From NCBI GenBank assembly GCA_036489235.1, contig DASXGC010000038.1, positions 5,704-69,703 on the forward strand: a DNA stretch of 64,000 bases. Direction: 5' to 3'. How positions within the stretch are numbered: the stretch's first letter is position 1; each line of letters starts with the position of its first letter. Origin of the DNA: Vicinamibacterales bacterium. GTDB lineage: Bacteria; Acidobacteriota; Vicinamibacteria; Vicinamibacterales; CAVVIG01. The position numbers and the translations under genes are program-made. The notes beneath the pieces were generated by a model. The model ran no database searches and was not told the DNA's origin. It saw only the letters and a program-made list of their open reading frames with translations. Shown here piece after piece: positions 11,672 through 22,800 of the stretch.

Positions 11672-12571
11672 CTATTCCGGCTCTTCGGCCAGTCCCATCG
11701 CCATCGGTCCGGCATCGAGGACGCTGGTCACCGGCTGAGCGGCCCGCTGCGCTTTCAGCTGGCGCGCTTCCTCGTAAATCCGCGCCGGCACCGGCTGCAT
11801 GTCCCAGACCAGCCCGAGCGCGGCCATCGCCTTCATCGTGTACCAGGTGAGATCGAACTCCCACCAGTAGAACCCGTTGCGCGCGGCGCGCTGATACCGA
11901 TGATGGTTGTTATGCCAGCCTTCGCCGACCGCGAAGAACGCGGTAATCGGGTTATTACGCGAATCGTCCATCGTCTCGAAGCGGCGCGATCCGAACAGGT
12001 GGTTGACCGTGTTGATGCAGAACGTCGCGTGCGCCAGCGTCATGGTCGGCAGACAGAAGCCGTAGACCAGCCACGGCCAGCCGCCATAGAGATACATAGC
12101 CACCGCCATCACCGTCGGCGGGATGATGAAATATTTCTCGAGCCACGCAATTTCGGGGAACTTGCCGAAGTCGCGCACCACGGGATTGCTGGCGTCGAGC
12201 TGATCGAACTTGGTGTCGTGGAGGAACCAGCCGACATGCGCGTAGTAGAAGCCGCTGATCATCGGACTGTGCGGATCGCCCTCACGGTCGGCGAATTTGT
12301 GATGCATCACATGATGGCCGGCCCACCAGATCGGTCCCTTCTGCATCGCTGCGGTGCCGATCAGCGTCCACACGAAGCGGGCGCCGCGGTTCATCTTGAA
12401 CGCGCGATGCGCATAATAGCGGTGGTACATCAGGGTCAGGCCGAGCGCGCGGACGAAATGCGACGCCGCCCACAGGCCGATGTAGGCCCAGCGGAACGGC
12501 ACGGTGAGCACCAGCAGGGCCGATGCCTGGACGATCCAGAAGAACGTCATCTGGACGATGTTGGGCAGCAC
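11672..12571 (-). CDS. acyl-CoA/acyl-lipid Delta9 fatty-acid desaturase (membrane di-iron)
   Basis: Three His boxes: HRYYAH, HHVMHHKFAD, and GEGWHNNHHRY. Confidence 0.9.
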   Translation of the reverse strand: MLPNIVQMTFFWIVQASALLVLTVPFRWAYIGLWAASHFVRALGLTLMYHRYYAHRAFKMNRGARFVWTLIGTAAMQKGPIWWAGHHVMHHKFADREGDPHSPMISGFYYAHVGWFLHDTKFDQLDASNPVVRDFGKFPEIAWLEKYFIIPPTVMAVAMYLYGGWPWLVYGFCLPTMTLAHATFCINTVNHLFGSRRFETMDDSRNNPITAFFAVGEGWHNNHHRYQRAARNGFYWWEFDLTWYTMKAMAALGLVWDMQPVPARIYEEARQLKAQRAAQPVTSVLDAGPMAMGLAEEPE

Positions 12572-12573
12572 GA

Positions 12574-13740
12574 TCAGATCTCTCGCAAGGCTCGGGCGAC
12601 GGGAATTCGGGCCGCGCGAATTGCCGGGAGCAGGCCGCCAACCGCCCCCATCAGCGCAGAAAACACCAGCCCGCCCGCGAGCAGGGCCGGAGTTATCTTA
12701 AACTTGAACGCCACTTCGCTGAAGCTGCTGAAGTTGGTGGTGCCGGTTGACAGGCCATGAATCGGCAGCGCCAGCAGACAGCCGATCACGCCGCCAATCA
12801 CGGCCAGCGCGATCGACTCGACCATGAACGCCGCGACGATTTTGGATCCGGAAAAGCCGAGCGCCCGCAGGGTGCCGATTTCGCGCGTCCGGTAGGCCAC
12901 CGCCGCATACATCGTGTTCATCGCGCCGAACACCGCGCCGATCGCCAGAATCAACGTGACGAACGTCCCGAATACGCGAAGCACGGTGGTTAGCGCTCGG
13001 GACTGTTCGTCGTAGTAGTGCTGTTCGGTCTGGGCATCGAGGTAGAGTCGAGGGTCGCCTGACACCGCCGCCTCGAACGAATCGATCATCGACGGATCGG
13101 CGAGCTTGACGGTCATGGACTGGTAGCCGTTGCGCTGAAACGCCGGCTGCATCAGCTCCGCGTCGCCCCACACTTCCGACTCGAACGAGGCATCGTCGGC
13201 GGTGAAGACACCCACCACTTTCCAGACCGCCGCGCCGAACTTCACGTCGCTGCCGAGGGTGAGTCCCTTGAAGCGGTTCACCGCGGCCTTGCCGACGTTG
13301 ATCTCGCGAGTGCCGGGAGCGAAGCGGCGGCCTTCGACAAATTTCAGATTGTCGCGAACCTCGAAGGCCTTCGGTCCGACGCCGCGCGCCGGAACATTGG
13401 CGGGCTGGTTGTCGGATTGGCGCGGCAGCGCGATGATCACCAGAAGTTCAGGCGACGCCAGCGGACGGCCGTCGCTGCCGCGTGCAACCTGTGGAAGCGC
13501 CTCGACGATCGGCACGTCAGAGCGCAGCAGGGCGCTGGTCGTCTCGGCGGTCGATCCTTTCCGCAGCACGATGGCGTTCTGCGGCGAGCCGCTTGCTACC
13601 AGCGTCTGCCTGAATCCCTGTGCGAGGGACAGCGTCATCACGAACACCGCCACGACCATGGCGATGCCGCCGGCGGTCATCGCCGCGGTCCCTTTGCGGA
13701 CGATCATCGAACGCAGGTTGTAGCTGGCGATCAGTCCCAC
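12574..13740 (-). CDS. ABC transporter permease, FtsX/MacB-type
   Basis: N-terminal TM, a large periplasmic loop, and a C-terminal FtsX bundle (REIGTLRALGFSGSKIVAAFMVES). Confidence 0.85.
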   Translation of the reverse strand: MGLIASYNLRSMIVRKGTAAMTAGGIAMVVAVFVMTLSLAQGFRQTLVASGSPQNAIVLRKGSTAETTSALLRSDVPIVEALPQVARGSDGRPLASPELLVIIALPRQSDNQPANVPARGVGPKAFEVRDNLKFVEGRRFAPGTREINVGKAAVNRFKGLTLGSDVKFGAAVWKVVGVFTADDASFESEVWGDAELMQPAFQRNGYQSMTVKLADPSMIDSFEAAVSGDPRLYLDAQTEQHYYDEQSRALTTVLRVFGTFVTLILAIGAVFGAMNTMYAAVAYRTREIGTLRALGFSGSKIVAAFMVESIALAVIGGVIGCLLALPIHGLSTGTTNFSSFSEVAFKFKITPALLAGGLVFSALMGAVGGLLPAIRAARIPVARALREI

Positions 13741-13750
13741 TGGCGCATCC

Positions 13751-14902
13751 TCACGCGACGCGACGCAGCGCGTCGACGATTTTGAGCCGTGACGCCATCG
13801 TCGCTGGAATCAGGCCGGCGAGGACGCCGATGAGGACGCTGAGGCCGAGCGCGGCGACGATGTTGGCGGTGTTGACGCTGAGCGCCGGAATCATGGCACC
13901 GGCCTGGAGGACATCCGGGTTGACGATCAGTCTGGCCACGCCGACACCGACCAGACCGCCGACGATCGACATCAACAGTCCTTCACCGGCGATCAGCACG
14001 AAGATGGTGCCGGCCTGGAAGCCGAGCGTGCGCATCACCGCGATTTCCGTGGTCCGTTCGCGGACTGACATCGCCATGGTGTTGCCGGCCACGAACAGCG
14101 TCGTGATCACGACCGCCAGCGCGATGCTGCTGAGCAGCAGGTTGATGTTGCCGAACATCGAGACGAACGAGCTCTGGAACGCGCGTTCGGTCTCAGTCTT
14201 GGTTTCGTCGGTCGAGTTCGCGAATTTCGCGTCGATCGCGCCGGCGATCTGCGCCGCCTGGTCCGGGTTGCCGATCTGGGTGATGAACCAGCCCGCCTGG
14301 CCTTTGTTCAGCGAGCGCTCGTCGGCGTATTTCCAGTGGAAGAACATCGACTGGTTATCAACCGCAGAACCGCTGGTGTGATAAATGGCGACGACGTTGA
14401 AGTCGAAGTCCTGCTGGCCGTAGGTCGGAATGCCCACCTTCAGGGTGATTTTGTCGCCGACCTTGAAGCCATAGGTCTTGGCCAGGCCCTCGCCAACGAT
14501 GCAGGCGGTGCGATCGGTCAGGAACGCCTTCTTGTCCTCCGGAGACAGCACCACTTCGGGGTACATCCGCAGGTAGCTTTCAGGTTCGATCGCGAATTGG
14601 GCAAAGAAGTTGCGCGGATCCTTGTAGATGCCGCCGAACCAGTTCGCCCAGGTGACGTCCTGAACGCCCGGAGTCGCCCGGATCTGCTCGGCGTGACTGG
14701 TGGGCATCGAAAAAATCAGCGAGGTCGATCGCTGTGTGACGATCCGTGTCGACGAACTCCCCTCGGTACCGGCGTTGAAGCCGTCGAGCACGGCCCGAAG
14801 CGCCGAGAACAGGAACACCGCGATCGCCACGCTGACCACGGTCAGCAGCGTGCGGCGCTTGCTCCGACGCGCGCTCTTCAGCACCAGGCCGACGAACTTC
14901 AT
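13751..14902 (-). CDS. ABC transporter permease, FtsX/MacB-type (second, divergent copy)
   Basis: Same architecture as the neighbouring permease ([26 protein letters not shown]). Its ATG overlaps the ATPase stop (ATGA). Confidence 0.85.
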   Translation of the reverse strand: MKFVGLVLKSARRSKRRTLLTVVSVAIAVFLFSALRAVLDGFNAGTEGSSSTRIVTQRSTSLIFSMPTSHAEQIRATPGVQDVTWANWFGGIYKDPRNFFAQFAIEPESYLRMYPEVVLSPEDKKAFLTDRTACIVGEGLAKTYGFKVGDKITLKVGIPTYGQQDFDFNVVAIYHTSGSAVDNQSMFFHWKYADERSLNKGQAGWFITQIGNPDQAAQIAGAIDAKFANSTDETKTETERAFQSSFVSMFGNINLLLSSIALAVVITTLFVAGNTMAMSVRERTTEIAVMRTLGFQAGTIFVLIAGEGLLMSIVGGLVGVGVARLIVNPDVLQAGAMIPALSVNTANIVAALGLSVLIGVLAGLIPATMASRLKIVDALRRVA

Positions 14903-15588
14903 GCGCCGACCTCGACCGTGCCGACCAGGCTGCCCTTTTCGAGATGCAGCAGGTGCGAGGCACGCTCGGCAGCGTGCGGATCGTGCGTCACCATCACGAT
15001 GGTCTTCTTGAATTCCTGATTCAGGCGCTGCAGCAACAGCAGCACTTCGCCCGCGGACTTGGCGTCCAGGTCGCCGGTCGGCTCGTCTGCGAGCAGCAGG
15101 GTCGGATCGGTGACAATCGCGCGCGCGATCGCGACGCGCTGCTCCTGGCCGCCGGACAACTGCCGCGGGTAGTGCTTATCCCGGTCGGCCAGACCGACGA
15201 TGCCGAGCGCGGTCATGACGTGATCGCGGCGCTGCGTCTTCGACAGGTTGGTCAGCAGCAGCGGCAGTTCGACGTTCTCGAACGCGGTCAGCACGGGAAT
15301 GAGGTTATAGAGCTGGAAGATGAAGCCGACGTGGCGTGCGCGCCACGACGCCAGCGCGCGTTCGGACAGCCCGCTGATCTCGGTGTCGCCGATTCTGATC
15401 GAGCCGCGCGTCGGCCGATCGATGCCGGCCAGCAGATTGAGCAACGTGGACTTGCCCGAGCCCGACGGACCCATCAGCCCGAGAAAATCGCCGGCGGCGA
15501 CGGAAATCGTGACGCGCTCGAGCACTGGAATCTCGATGGCGTCGCGCTTGTAAGTCTTGGTGACGTCCTTGAGTTCGATGAGCGCCAT
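14899..15588 (-). CDS. ABC transporter ATP-binding protein (MacB/LolD-like)
   Basis: Walker [10 protein letters not shown], signature LSGGQEQR, Walker B LLLADEPT. Confidence 0.92.
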   Translation of the reverse strand: MALIELKDVTKTYKRDAIEIPVLERVTISVAAGDFLGLMGPSGSGKSTLLNLLAGIDRPTRGSIRIGDTEISGLSERALASWRARHVGFIFQLYNLIPVLTAFENVELPLLLTNLSKTQRRDHVMTALGIVGLADRDKHYPRQLSGGQEQRVAIARAIVTDPTLLLADEPTGDLDAKSAGEVLLLLQRLNQEFKKTIVMVTHDPHAAERASHLLHLEKGSLVGTVEVGA

Positions 15589-15596
15589 GATTCGCC

Positions 15597-16853
15597 TTAC
15601 GTTCCTTTCACGCGGACGCGGGCATGGTCAGCGAGACCGGGGGGCGGATTCAGAATCAGCGCCTCCCCGGGCACGACGCCGCTTTTCACTTCGACCTGAT
15701 CGATGCGTTCGGCGCCGAGCACCAGCGTGCGGCGGAGCGCGCGACCGCCGGCGACGACCCAGGCGGCGGGCTGGCCGGCTTGCTCCGTCACCGCGCGTTT
15801 CGGCATCAGAATCACCGGCGCGGTATTCGCCGCGGATGTCGCGCCGGCGGCGTGCGGCTCCTGGAACGTGACGCTCGCGGTCATTTCCGGCTTCACGTGT
15901 TCGTCCGCATTGAGAATGGTGACGCGGACTTCGACGATTGCCTTGGCGCGATCGGCGGACGGGAAGATCTGCCGGAGGCGGCCCTTGTAGATCTGATCCT
16001 GGTAGGCCTGGAGCTTCACCTCGGCCGGCATCGCCTGCATCAGCTTAGCCACGCTGTTTTCGCTGACCTCGGTCTGCACCTCGAGTTCGTGGAGGTCGGC
16101 GATGGTCGCGATGGCGCCGCCCTCGCGCGTCGACTGGCCGGTGACGCCGTAGGGCGAGACCGTTTCGCCCATCTCCGCCCGCTTCTTGATGACGACGCCG
16201 TCGAATGGCGCGCGGACGTTGGCGTTCTCTAGGGCTTCTTCGGTGACGCGGACGCGAGCGTGGGACGATGCGATTGCGGCCTCGGCCGCCTTCACGCGCG
16301 CCGCTGACACGCCGGCCGCCGATTCGGCGCCGGTCAGCGCCGCGGTGGTAGTGATGCCGTCCTTGATCAGCAGACGCTGGCGATCGAGATTGCGGACATC
16401 TTCGTCGCGCGCGGCGATCGCCTGACCGAGCGCGGCCTCCGCCTCGGCCACCGCGCGCCGTGAGGCCTCGAGTTGCGCATCGATGTCGGCGTGCTCGATC
16501 TCGGCGATGATTTCGCCCTTGCGGACGCGGGTGCCTTCCTCGAACCCAACCCGCGCCAGCCGGCCGCCCATCTTCACGCCGACGTCACTGCTGTGCCGGG
16601 CCACGACGTAGCCGGTCGCAACCAGCACAGGGAGTTCGGTCGAGCCACCGGCGGAGGCGACCACCTGGTTGACGCGGCCGACCTCGACTTCCGGTGCCCG
16701 CCGGTCTTCGACCGAGGAACGGATCGTCGGATACGCGGCCGCGGCGCCGGCCGCGAGGATGAAGACCACGAGCCACGGCAGCCAGCGCCGACGCGGCGGC
16801 GCATCGCGATCGATGCGAAGGCGCTCGAGGTCGTGAACGGGCGCAAGACTCAT
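15597..16853 (-). CDS. periplasmic adaptor / membrane-fusion protein (HlyD/MacA family)
   Basis: N-terminal TM anchor, a coiled-coil hairpin region ([17 protein letters not shown]...), and barrel-sandwich and beta-barrel segments. Confidence 0.85.
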   Translation of the reverse strand: MSLAPVHDLERLRIDRDAPPRRRWLPWLVVFILAAGAAAAYPTIRSSVEDRRAPEVEVGRVNQVVASAGGSTELPVLVATGYVVARHSSDVGVKMGGRLARVGFEEGTRVRKGEIIAEIEHADIDAQLEASRRAVAEAEAALGQAIAARDEDVRNLDRQRLLIKDGITTTAALTGAESAAGVSAARVKAAEAAIASSHARVRVTEEALENANVRAPFDGVVIKKRAEMGETVSPYGVTGQSTREGGAIATIADLHELEVQTEVSENSVAKLMQAMPAEVKLQAYQDQIYKGRLRQIFPSADRAKAIVEVRVTILNADEHVKPEMTASVTFQEPHAAGATSAANTAPVILMPKRAVTEQAGQPAAWVVAGGRALRRTLVLGAERIDQVEVKSGVVPGEALILNPPPGLADHARVRVKGT

Positions 16854-16895
16854 AAGGAACCGATGGGCCGAACTATTCTAGCGGAGCCAGATAAC

Positions 16896-16928
16896 TTAGT
16901 GACTAAGATTATTAGCGTGTGAGATAAT
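16896..16928 (+). promoter_or_regulatory. candidate marR promoter/operator: palindrome TTAGT-G-ACTAA (16896-16906) and -10-like GATAAT (16923-16928)
   Basis: AT-rich divergent spacer between the exporter operon and marR. The palindrome overlaps a -35-like GTGACT. GATAAT lies 13 nt before the marR ATG. No experimental support. Confidence 0.3.
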
Positions 16929-16941
16929 TTGTCAACCGCCC

Positions 16942-17490
16942 ATGAACCGCAGCCGCCGTCACCAGCGCATCGACCGGCTCGGGGCCCAACTGGGCCGCGA
17001 GCTCAGTACTCACACCATCATGTTTCACCAGACCGTCGCCGACTGCCTCGGGGTGGCGCCGACCGATCACAAGTGCCTCGGCTTCATCGCCGATTCCGAT
17101 CACCCGGTCACCGCCGGCGAGCTCGCCACCCTCACCGGATTGACGACTGGCGCGATCACGGGTGTGCTGGATCGGCTGGAATCCGCCGGACTCGCCAGAC
17201 GCGAACGCGACCCGGGCGATCGGCGGCGCGTGGTCGTCACCGCCGCGGCGACGGCGCGCGATCGGGTCTGGCCGTTGTTCGAAGGGGTGGCACGGGCGTC
17301 GGCCAAGCTGGCCACACGCTATTCTGATCACGAACTCGAAGTGATCGAGCGCTACGTGATCGACAGTATCGAGATGATGAAAGAGGAGACCAAGCGGCTG
17401 CGCGAGGCGCAGACGGCTCAGCTCTCCTCTTCGAACTCTTCTTCTTCGGGCGGACCGAGCCGGGTGGACGGACGCAAGGCCTCGCGGTAG
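16942..17490 (+). CDS. MarR-family transcriptional regulator
   Basis: wHTH segment AGELATLTGLTTGAITGVLDRLESAGLARRERDPGDRRRVVV. Divergent from the exporter operon. Confidence 0.85.
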   Translation: MNRSRRHQRIDRLGAQLGRELSTHTIMFHQTVADCLGVAPTDHKCLGFIADSDHPVTAGELATLTGLTTGAITGVLDRLESAGLARRERDPGDRRRVVVTAAATARDRVWPLFEGVARASAKLATRYSDHELEVIERYVIDSIEMMKEETKRLREAQTAQLSSSNSSSSGGPSRVDGRKASR

Positions 17491-17642
17491 TCGAACAGCG
17501 GCAGATCGCGCACGTGCAGCGGCAGCGTGCACGCCGGCGACTTCAAATCGACCACGACGGTGACGGGACTTCCCTCGACGCCCTCGCGAAACGCGATGCG
17601 GCAGCCACAGGCGAGCCGCGCGTGCGTGAATCCCTTCAGCAT
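17418..17642 (-). CDS. small hypothetical protein (CxC ... C-x4-H, acidic tail)
   Basis: 74 codons. Counting codons by eye, GC3 is very high. It starts 13 nt after the TlpA stop. Sequence: MLKGFTHARLACGCRIAF...SPACTLPLH...PPEEEEFEEES. It overlaps the marR 3' end by 73 nt. Confidence 0.5.
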   Translation of the reverse strand: MLKGFTHARLACGCRIAFREGVEGSPVTVVVDLKSPACTLPLHVRDLPLFDYREALRPSTRLGPPEEEEFEEES

Positions 17643-17654
17643 GCGGCGATCATA

Positions 17655-18233
17655 CTACAGGAGCGACTTGATCTCGTTCTCGAACGCGTCCTTCGAGTTC
17701 AGGCCGGTGTGCTTCGCGCACACCTTGCCGTCGCGCGAGATCACCACCGTCACCGGGATACCGAAGAGCGGACCGTACGCGTCCTGCATGTCGTCGTGAT
17801 CGAGCCCCTGCAGCACCAGGTAATTCATCTTCATCTGCGCGACGTACGGCTTCAGCTTCGCAACGGTATCGTCCACCGACACCCCCACCACCGTCAGCCC
17901 CTTGTCGCCGTACTTCTGCTGGAACTCGATGAACCACGGAATCTCGACCTTGCACGGGCCGCACCAGGTCGCCCAGAAATCGAGCAACACGACCTTGCCC
18001 TTGAGCGTAGCTAGGTTGACCGGCTTGTTGTCGATGTCCTTCAGCGTGAAGTCGAGCTTGGCCGGCTTGGCGTTCGCGGGACACGACGTGGTGCCCGGCG
18101 CGTTGGCCGCGCCAGCCTCGGAGAAATGGAACGGCCACCCGGGATCGGCGTTCAGCGTCAGCAACGCGAGCGCCAGAGCACCGACCGTGGCAATCACCCA
18201 TCGAATATTCATGCGCGTCATCCCCTGCCGCAA
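17655..18233 (-). CDS. TlpA-like periplasmic thiol:disulfide oxidoreductase (redoxin)
   Basis: WATWCGPC active site within a thioredoxin fold, with an N-terminal anchor. Confidence 0.88.
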   Translation of the reverse strand: MRQGMTRMNIRWVIATVGALALALLTLNADPGWPFHFSEAGAANAPGTTSCPANAKPAKLDFTLKDIDNKPVNLATLKGKVVLLDFWATWCGPCKVEIPWFIEFQQKYGDKGLTVVGVSVDDTVAKLKPYVAQMKMNYLVLQGLDHDDMQDAYGPLFGIPVTVVISRDGKVCAKHTGLNSKDAFENEIKSLL

Positions 18234-18257
18234 TATCGAACCTGAAAACGTCTTGGG

Positions 18258-19076
18258 CTAGTGCATCGACGCGCGGACATACTCCGCGAGCCGTTCGACA
18301 TCCTGGCGCGGTTCGCGCGCAATCAGGACGAACGTGCGGTCGCCGGCACACCACACCGCGGCTTCGTGTCCGAACACCTCGAGCAGTTGCTGGGTACGCG
18401 GGGTCTTGGGCAACATGAAGAGCGACACCGGGTGTCCCTGGTGGCGATACATGATGTGGGCGATCTTGCCTTCGGCGTAAACGCAGGGCCGCGAGCCGAC
18501 CAGCTCGAGTCCCGCGCGCGCCGGCTCCGAGGGCAGGTGCATGCGCCAGTCGAACGACGCCAGCATCGAACTCTCGACCGCCTCGGTTTCGTCGTGGGTG
18601 CCGAGTACGCCATTCATCGCGAAGCACTTCATGTGATCCGCCGTCAGTTCGGCGGCCATCACCCGCGCCGACTTGTCGGTCGCCTGATACAGGAACGCGC
18701 CGCCGACGCCAACCACGAGCGACGCGGCGAGCGCGTACGGGGTGAACCGCGCGCGCCACGAGGGCGACGGCATGGACGCCGCCGCGCCGGCGACACCGCC
18801 CCGCGGCGCCGCAGCCGAACGAATCTCCCCCGGTTGCGCTGCCGTTGCCCGCGCCATGCCCGCGCACGTCGCGTGCAGTGAATCGGGCGCCGACTCGCGG
18901 CACAACCCGGTGCGCTGACGATGCATCAGCTGATGCACGGCGCGCTCGGCCGACACGCGCGAATGACACGGCGGGCACTGCAGCAGGTGGATTTCCACCA
19001 GGCGGCGATCGGCGTCCGACAACGCCTCGTCGACAAACGGCGTCACGAGCGGATCGATGAGGTCACAGTTAGGCAT
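18258..19076 (-). CDS. anti-sigma factor (zf-HC2), single-pass membrane
   Basis: [15 protein letters not shown] matches H-x3-C-x2-C. There is a central TM ([20 protein letters not shown]). It overlaps the sigma-factor stop by 8 nt. Confidence 0.8.
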   Translation of the reverse strand: MPNCDLIDPLVTPFVDEALSDADRRLVEIHLLQCPPCHSRVSAERAVHQLMHRQRTGLCRESAPDSLHATCAGMARATAAQPGEIRSAAAPRGGVAGAAASMPSPSWRARFTPYALAASLVVGVGGAFLYQATDKSARVMAAELTADHMKCFAMNGVLGTHDETEAVESSMLASFDWRMHLPSEPARAGLELVGSRPCVYAEGKIAHIMYRHQGHPVSLFMLPKTPRTQQLLEVFGHEAAVWCAGDRTFVLIAREPRQDVERLAEYVRASMH

Positions 19077-19638
19077 TGACTGGTCGCAAATGATTCAGCT
19101 GATCGAACAGTAGTCGGCGGCCCCGCGAGATCCGTGACATCACCGTGCCGATGGGCACAGACAGCATCTCGGCGATTTCGGCGTAGGAAAATTCTTCCAC
19201 GTCTCGTAACCAGACCGCCTGCCGGAACGCCTCCGGCAAGTCGTCTATGGCCGCCTGCAGCTCCGGCCCGAGCGTTTCGCGCAGCAGCAGGGACTCCGGG
19301 GTCTCGCCCCGTCCCGACACGCTTCCGATCGGCGTCGGCGCATCGGCGGCGCGATCGACCAGCTCGCTGTCGATCGCGACCGTATCGCGGGCCCGGTCCC
19401 TGGCGCGGTTCCGCGCCGTGTTGTGGAGGATCGTGAACAGCCACGCCCTCAGGTTCGTCCCCGGCTCGAAGCGGTCGGCCGCGCGGAACGCCTTCAGATA
19501 TGTTTCCTGCACCAGGTCCTCAGCGTCTGCCGGCACGCGCGTCAACCGCCGGGCCGCTCGATACAGGCTATCGAGCGACGCCAGCGCCTCGCTTTCAAAA
19601 GCGGGCGACACCACTCGTAAACCCTGGCGGGGCGTCAT
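19069..19638 (-). CDS. ECF-type RNA polymerase sigma-70 factor
   Basis: Region 2: [11 protein letters not shown]...WLFTILHN. Region 4: [25 protein letters not shown]. Confidence 0.9.
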   Translation of the reverse strand: MTPRQGLRVVSPAFESEALASLDSLYRAARRLTRVPADAEDLVQETYLKAFRAADRFEPGTNLRAWLFTILHNTARNRARDRARDTVAIDSELVDRAADAPTPIGSVSGRGETPESLLLRETLGPELQAAIDDLPEAFRQAVWLRDVEEFSYAEIAEMLSVPIGTVMSRISRGRRLLFDQLNHLRPVNA

Positions 19639-19897
19639 TTATTCCAGCCTTCGCGCGTCCGACCTCAGCGTGCGCCGGGCCCAGAGCTGAGAGACGTCCG
19701 CCGTTACAAACGACACCGGGGCGGAGGCGAACAGTATAGCCCTGTCGCCCAAAATGGTCGGGTTCCGGCGTCACCAGAGGACAGCCGCCTGGATCCGCAC
19801 CGGTATCAATCGAGCACAACGTTTGCAGGCACCTCGGCGTCACAGTAAGATCGCTGACAGTCCCGTCTGAAGTCCTGGTCTTTCCGAGGTACCGCAT

Positions 19898-22800
19898 ATG
19901 CGCCGCCGCGTGCCGCTGACGTCCGTATTTGTGGTCTTGATCGTGGCACTCGCAACCGCTCATGCGAGCGTCGCATCCGCCCAGACCTCGATGGTGCCGT
20001 ACTACGGCAAGAACAACATCCATTACGACACGTTCAAGTGGCAGGTCTACACCACGGACCATTGCGAAATCTATTACTACCCCGCAATGCAGCAACATCT
20101 CGAGCGCGTCGCCGGCTATCTCGAGAGCGCCTACCAGCAAATCAGCGCCGACCTGAAACACGACCTGTCGTTCAAGATTCCGGTCATCCTGTTCAAGACG
20201 CACAGCGAATTCGAGCAGGAGAACGTCGCGCCGGGCGCGGCAGACGAAGGCGTCGGCGCGTTCGCCGAGCCGGAGATGCATCGCATGGTGCTGCCGATCG
20301 ACGACCCGCCCGACCAGCTCTACGGCCTGATCGTCCACGAGATGACCCACCAGTTCGAGTTCGACATCATCCCGACCGGACTGATTCGCCGCAGCACGCC
20401 GCTCTGGGTCAACGAGGGCTTGTCGGACTACGAACGCGGACAGTGGAGCCCGATCGACCTGATGTCGGTGCGCGACGCCGCGGTCGCCGACATCGTGCCG
20501 AAGATGAGCGAGCTCGAGGGCTACGCCGGCAACAACCCGCGACTGATTTACAACCTCGGCCACGCGGTGTTCGAGTTCATCGAAGCGAAGTTCGGCAAGG
20601 AAGGCATCCGCCAGTTCATGTTCGCGCTGCGCAAGAGCGTCATCGGCGGCGGTGAAGACGCCTACGAAGAAGCGCTGAAGATGAAGAAGGACGAGTTCGA
20701 CCAGAACTTCGAACGCTACCTCAAGGAACGCTTCAAGCCGTTCCGCGACAAGGAGCGTCCGGCCGATTACGGCCGCGACCTCGCTCCCAATCCCGAAAAG
20801 ACCGCGTTTATCGAGGCGCTGTCGATTGCCCCGTCTCCATCCGGCGATTTGATCGCCGCGGTCACCGTCAATCGCAGCGACCGCGAATACGACATCATCC
20901 TGCTGTCCTCGAAGGATGGCTCGGTGGTGCGCAATCTGACCCGCGGCTTCGACAAGGACATGGGCTTCGATCACATCGTGCAGCTCGGCGAACGCTTCGA
21001 GATGCCGTGGATGTCGTGGTCACCGAAAGGCGACCGGCTCGCGTACTTCGTCCGCACCGAGAAAGAGCGGACGCTGATCATCCAGAACGTGCTGACGGCG
21101 AAGATCGAAGTCCGGGTGCCGATGAAGACGGTCGACGAACCGGAGTCGCCGGCCTTTTCGCCGGACGGCAAAACCGTGGTGTTCGCGGGGTTGCGCGGCG
21201 CCGTCGGCGACATCTTCACCGTCGACCTGGCGAACAGCAACATCACCAACCTGACCAGCGACGCGTTCGCGGACTCGGGGCCGACCTACTCGCTCGACGG
21301 CACGTTCATCATCTACAACGCGCGGATCAGCGGCAACCAGAAGCTATTCCGGCTGGATCTCGACACCAAGAAGAAAACCCAGATCACCTTCGGCACGCAG
21401 GACGAAACCGCCGCCCAGTTCATCAGCAACGACCTGATCGTGTTCTCGTCCACCGCTACTGATCCGGCGGTGCCGCTCGAGCCGGAAGTCGCGAAGAACG
21501 GCAACATCTACAACATCTGGACGCTCGATCTGAAGACCAACGAGCTGCGCCAGTACACCGATGCGCTCGGCGGCAACTGGTCGGCGGTGGTGCTCAACGA
21601 AGGCAGCACCAACCGCATCGCCTTCATCTCGTATTACAAGGGCGATTTCGGCATCCACACGCTCGAGCGCAAGGAGCCGCTGCACACGGCGGTTTCCTCG
21701 GACTTCGGCGCGCCAGGACCGGTGATCGACTTCCAGGCGCCGCTGCAGCACACGCTGGTGCAGGACAACATGCACCCGAAAGGCGCCTTCGAGAAGATGT
21801 TCCTCCAGGGCCGGCCGCCGGTGAACGTCGGCGTGACCAGCAACGGCGACATCTTCGGCGCGACCCAGATCAGCTTCGGCGACGTGCTCGGCGACAAACA
21901 GGTCAACTTCTTCGCCTCCTCGATCTCGCAGTACCGCACGCTGGCGCTGTCCTATCTCAACATCGGACAGCGGTTCCAGTATGTGTTGCAGGGATTCTCG
22001 CAGACGCAGTTCTACTACGGCACCGGCACCCAGTTCTACGCGTCGGTCTACAGCGACCTGGTGCCGCGCGATCAGGCCGTCGCCACCCGCAGCATCGTCG
22101 GCGGTTCGGCGACCGGCATCTATCCGTTGAGCCGCTATCGCCGGCTGGAAGTGTCGGCGAGCCTCTATCACATCAGCGAGTCGTACTCGGATCCGACGCT
22201 CCAGGCGGCCTCCGAGCAATATCAGCAACAGCTGTACGGGACGCAGGTCTTCCAGAACGGCACGCTGCTGCCGCTCAGCGCCGCGTTCGTATCGGAGACG
22301 ACGGTATTCAGGGAGTTCGGGCCGCTCGCCGGCAACACGATGCGCGGGGCCTACGAGATCGCGCCGCCGTTTGGCGGACTGCTCTCCCGCCAGACGGTCG
22401 ACCTCGACGCGCGTCACTACACGCGCATCGGCGGCACCGGCCTGCTGGCGCTGCGTCTGCGCGGGTTCAAGAGCTGGGGCGACGAGCCGAACTACATCTA
22501 TTTCGGCGGTAACTCCGAAATGCGCGGCTACGATTACCTGCAGTTCACCGGCCAGAACGTCGTCTTCGCGAATGCGGAATTACGGTTCCCGATTATCGAA
22601 GCCGCGCTCACTCCGATCGGCGTGGTCGGCGGCGTGCGCGGCGTCTTCTTCGCCGACATCGGCGGCGGCTGGTTCAACAATCAGGTCTCGCCCGATTCCT
22701 GCTCGAACGGCGGCGGCTACAAGTTCTTCACCAACGCGACCCTGACGTGCCGATCGCAGGGTGCGGCCGCCGATGGAACGCCCATCTTCGGCACGCCCCA

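Noticed and set aside
19812-19827. GAGCAC-N5-TTGCA upstream of the protease-Omp85 gene
   Set aside because: The spacing and -12 element fit sigma-54, but the near-invariant GG reads AG. It is too weak to call without data.
19595-20974. Long antisense ORFs throughout, e.g. 19595-20974(-), 1457-2521(+), 4449-5837(+), 11495-12760(+), 37846-39327(+), 40136-41269(+), 21344-22417(-), 48069-49121(-)
   Set aside because: Each lies opposite a gene with clear family motifs. They have Arg/His/Asp-rich low-information translations, as expected from stop-poor frames in GC-rich DNA.
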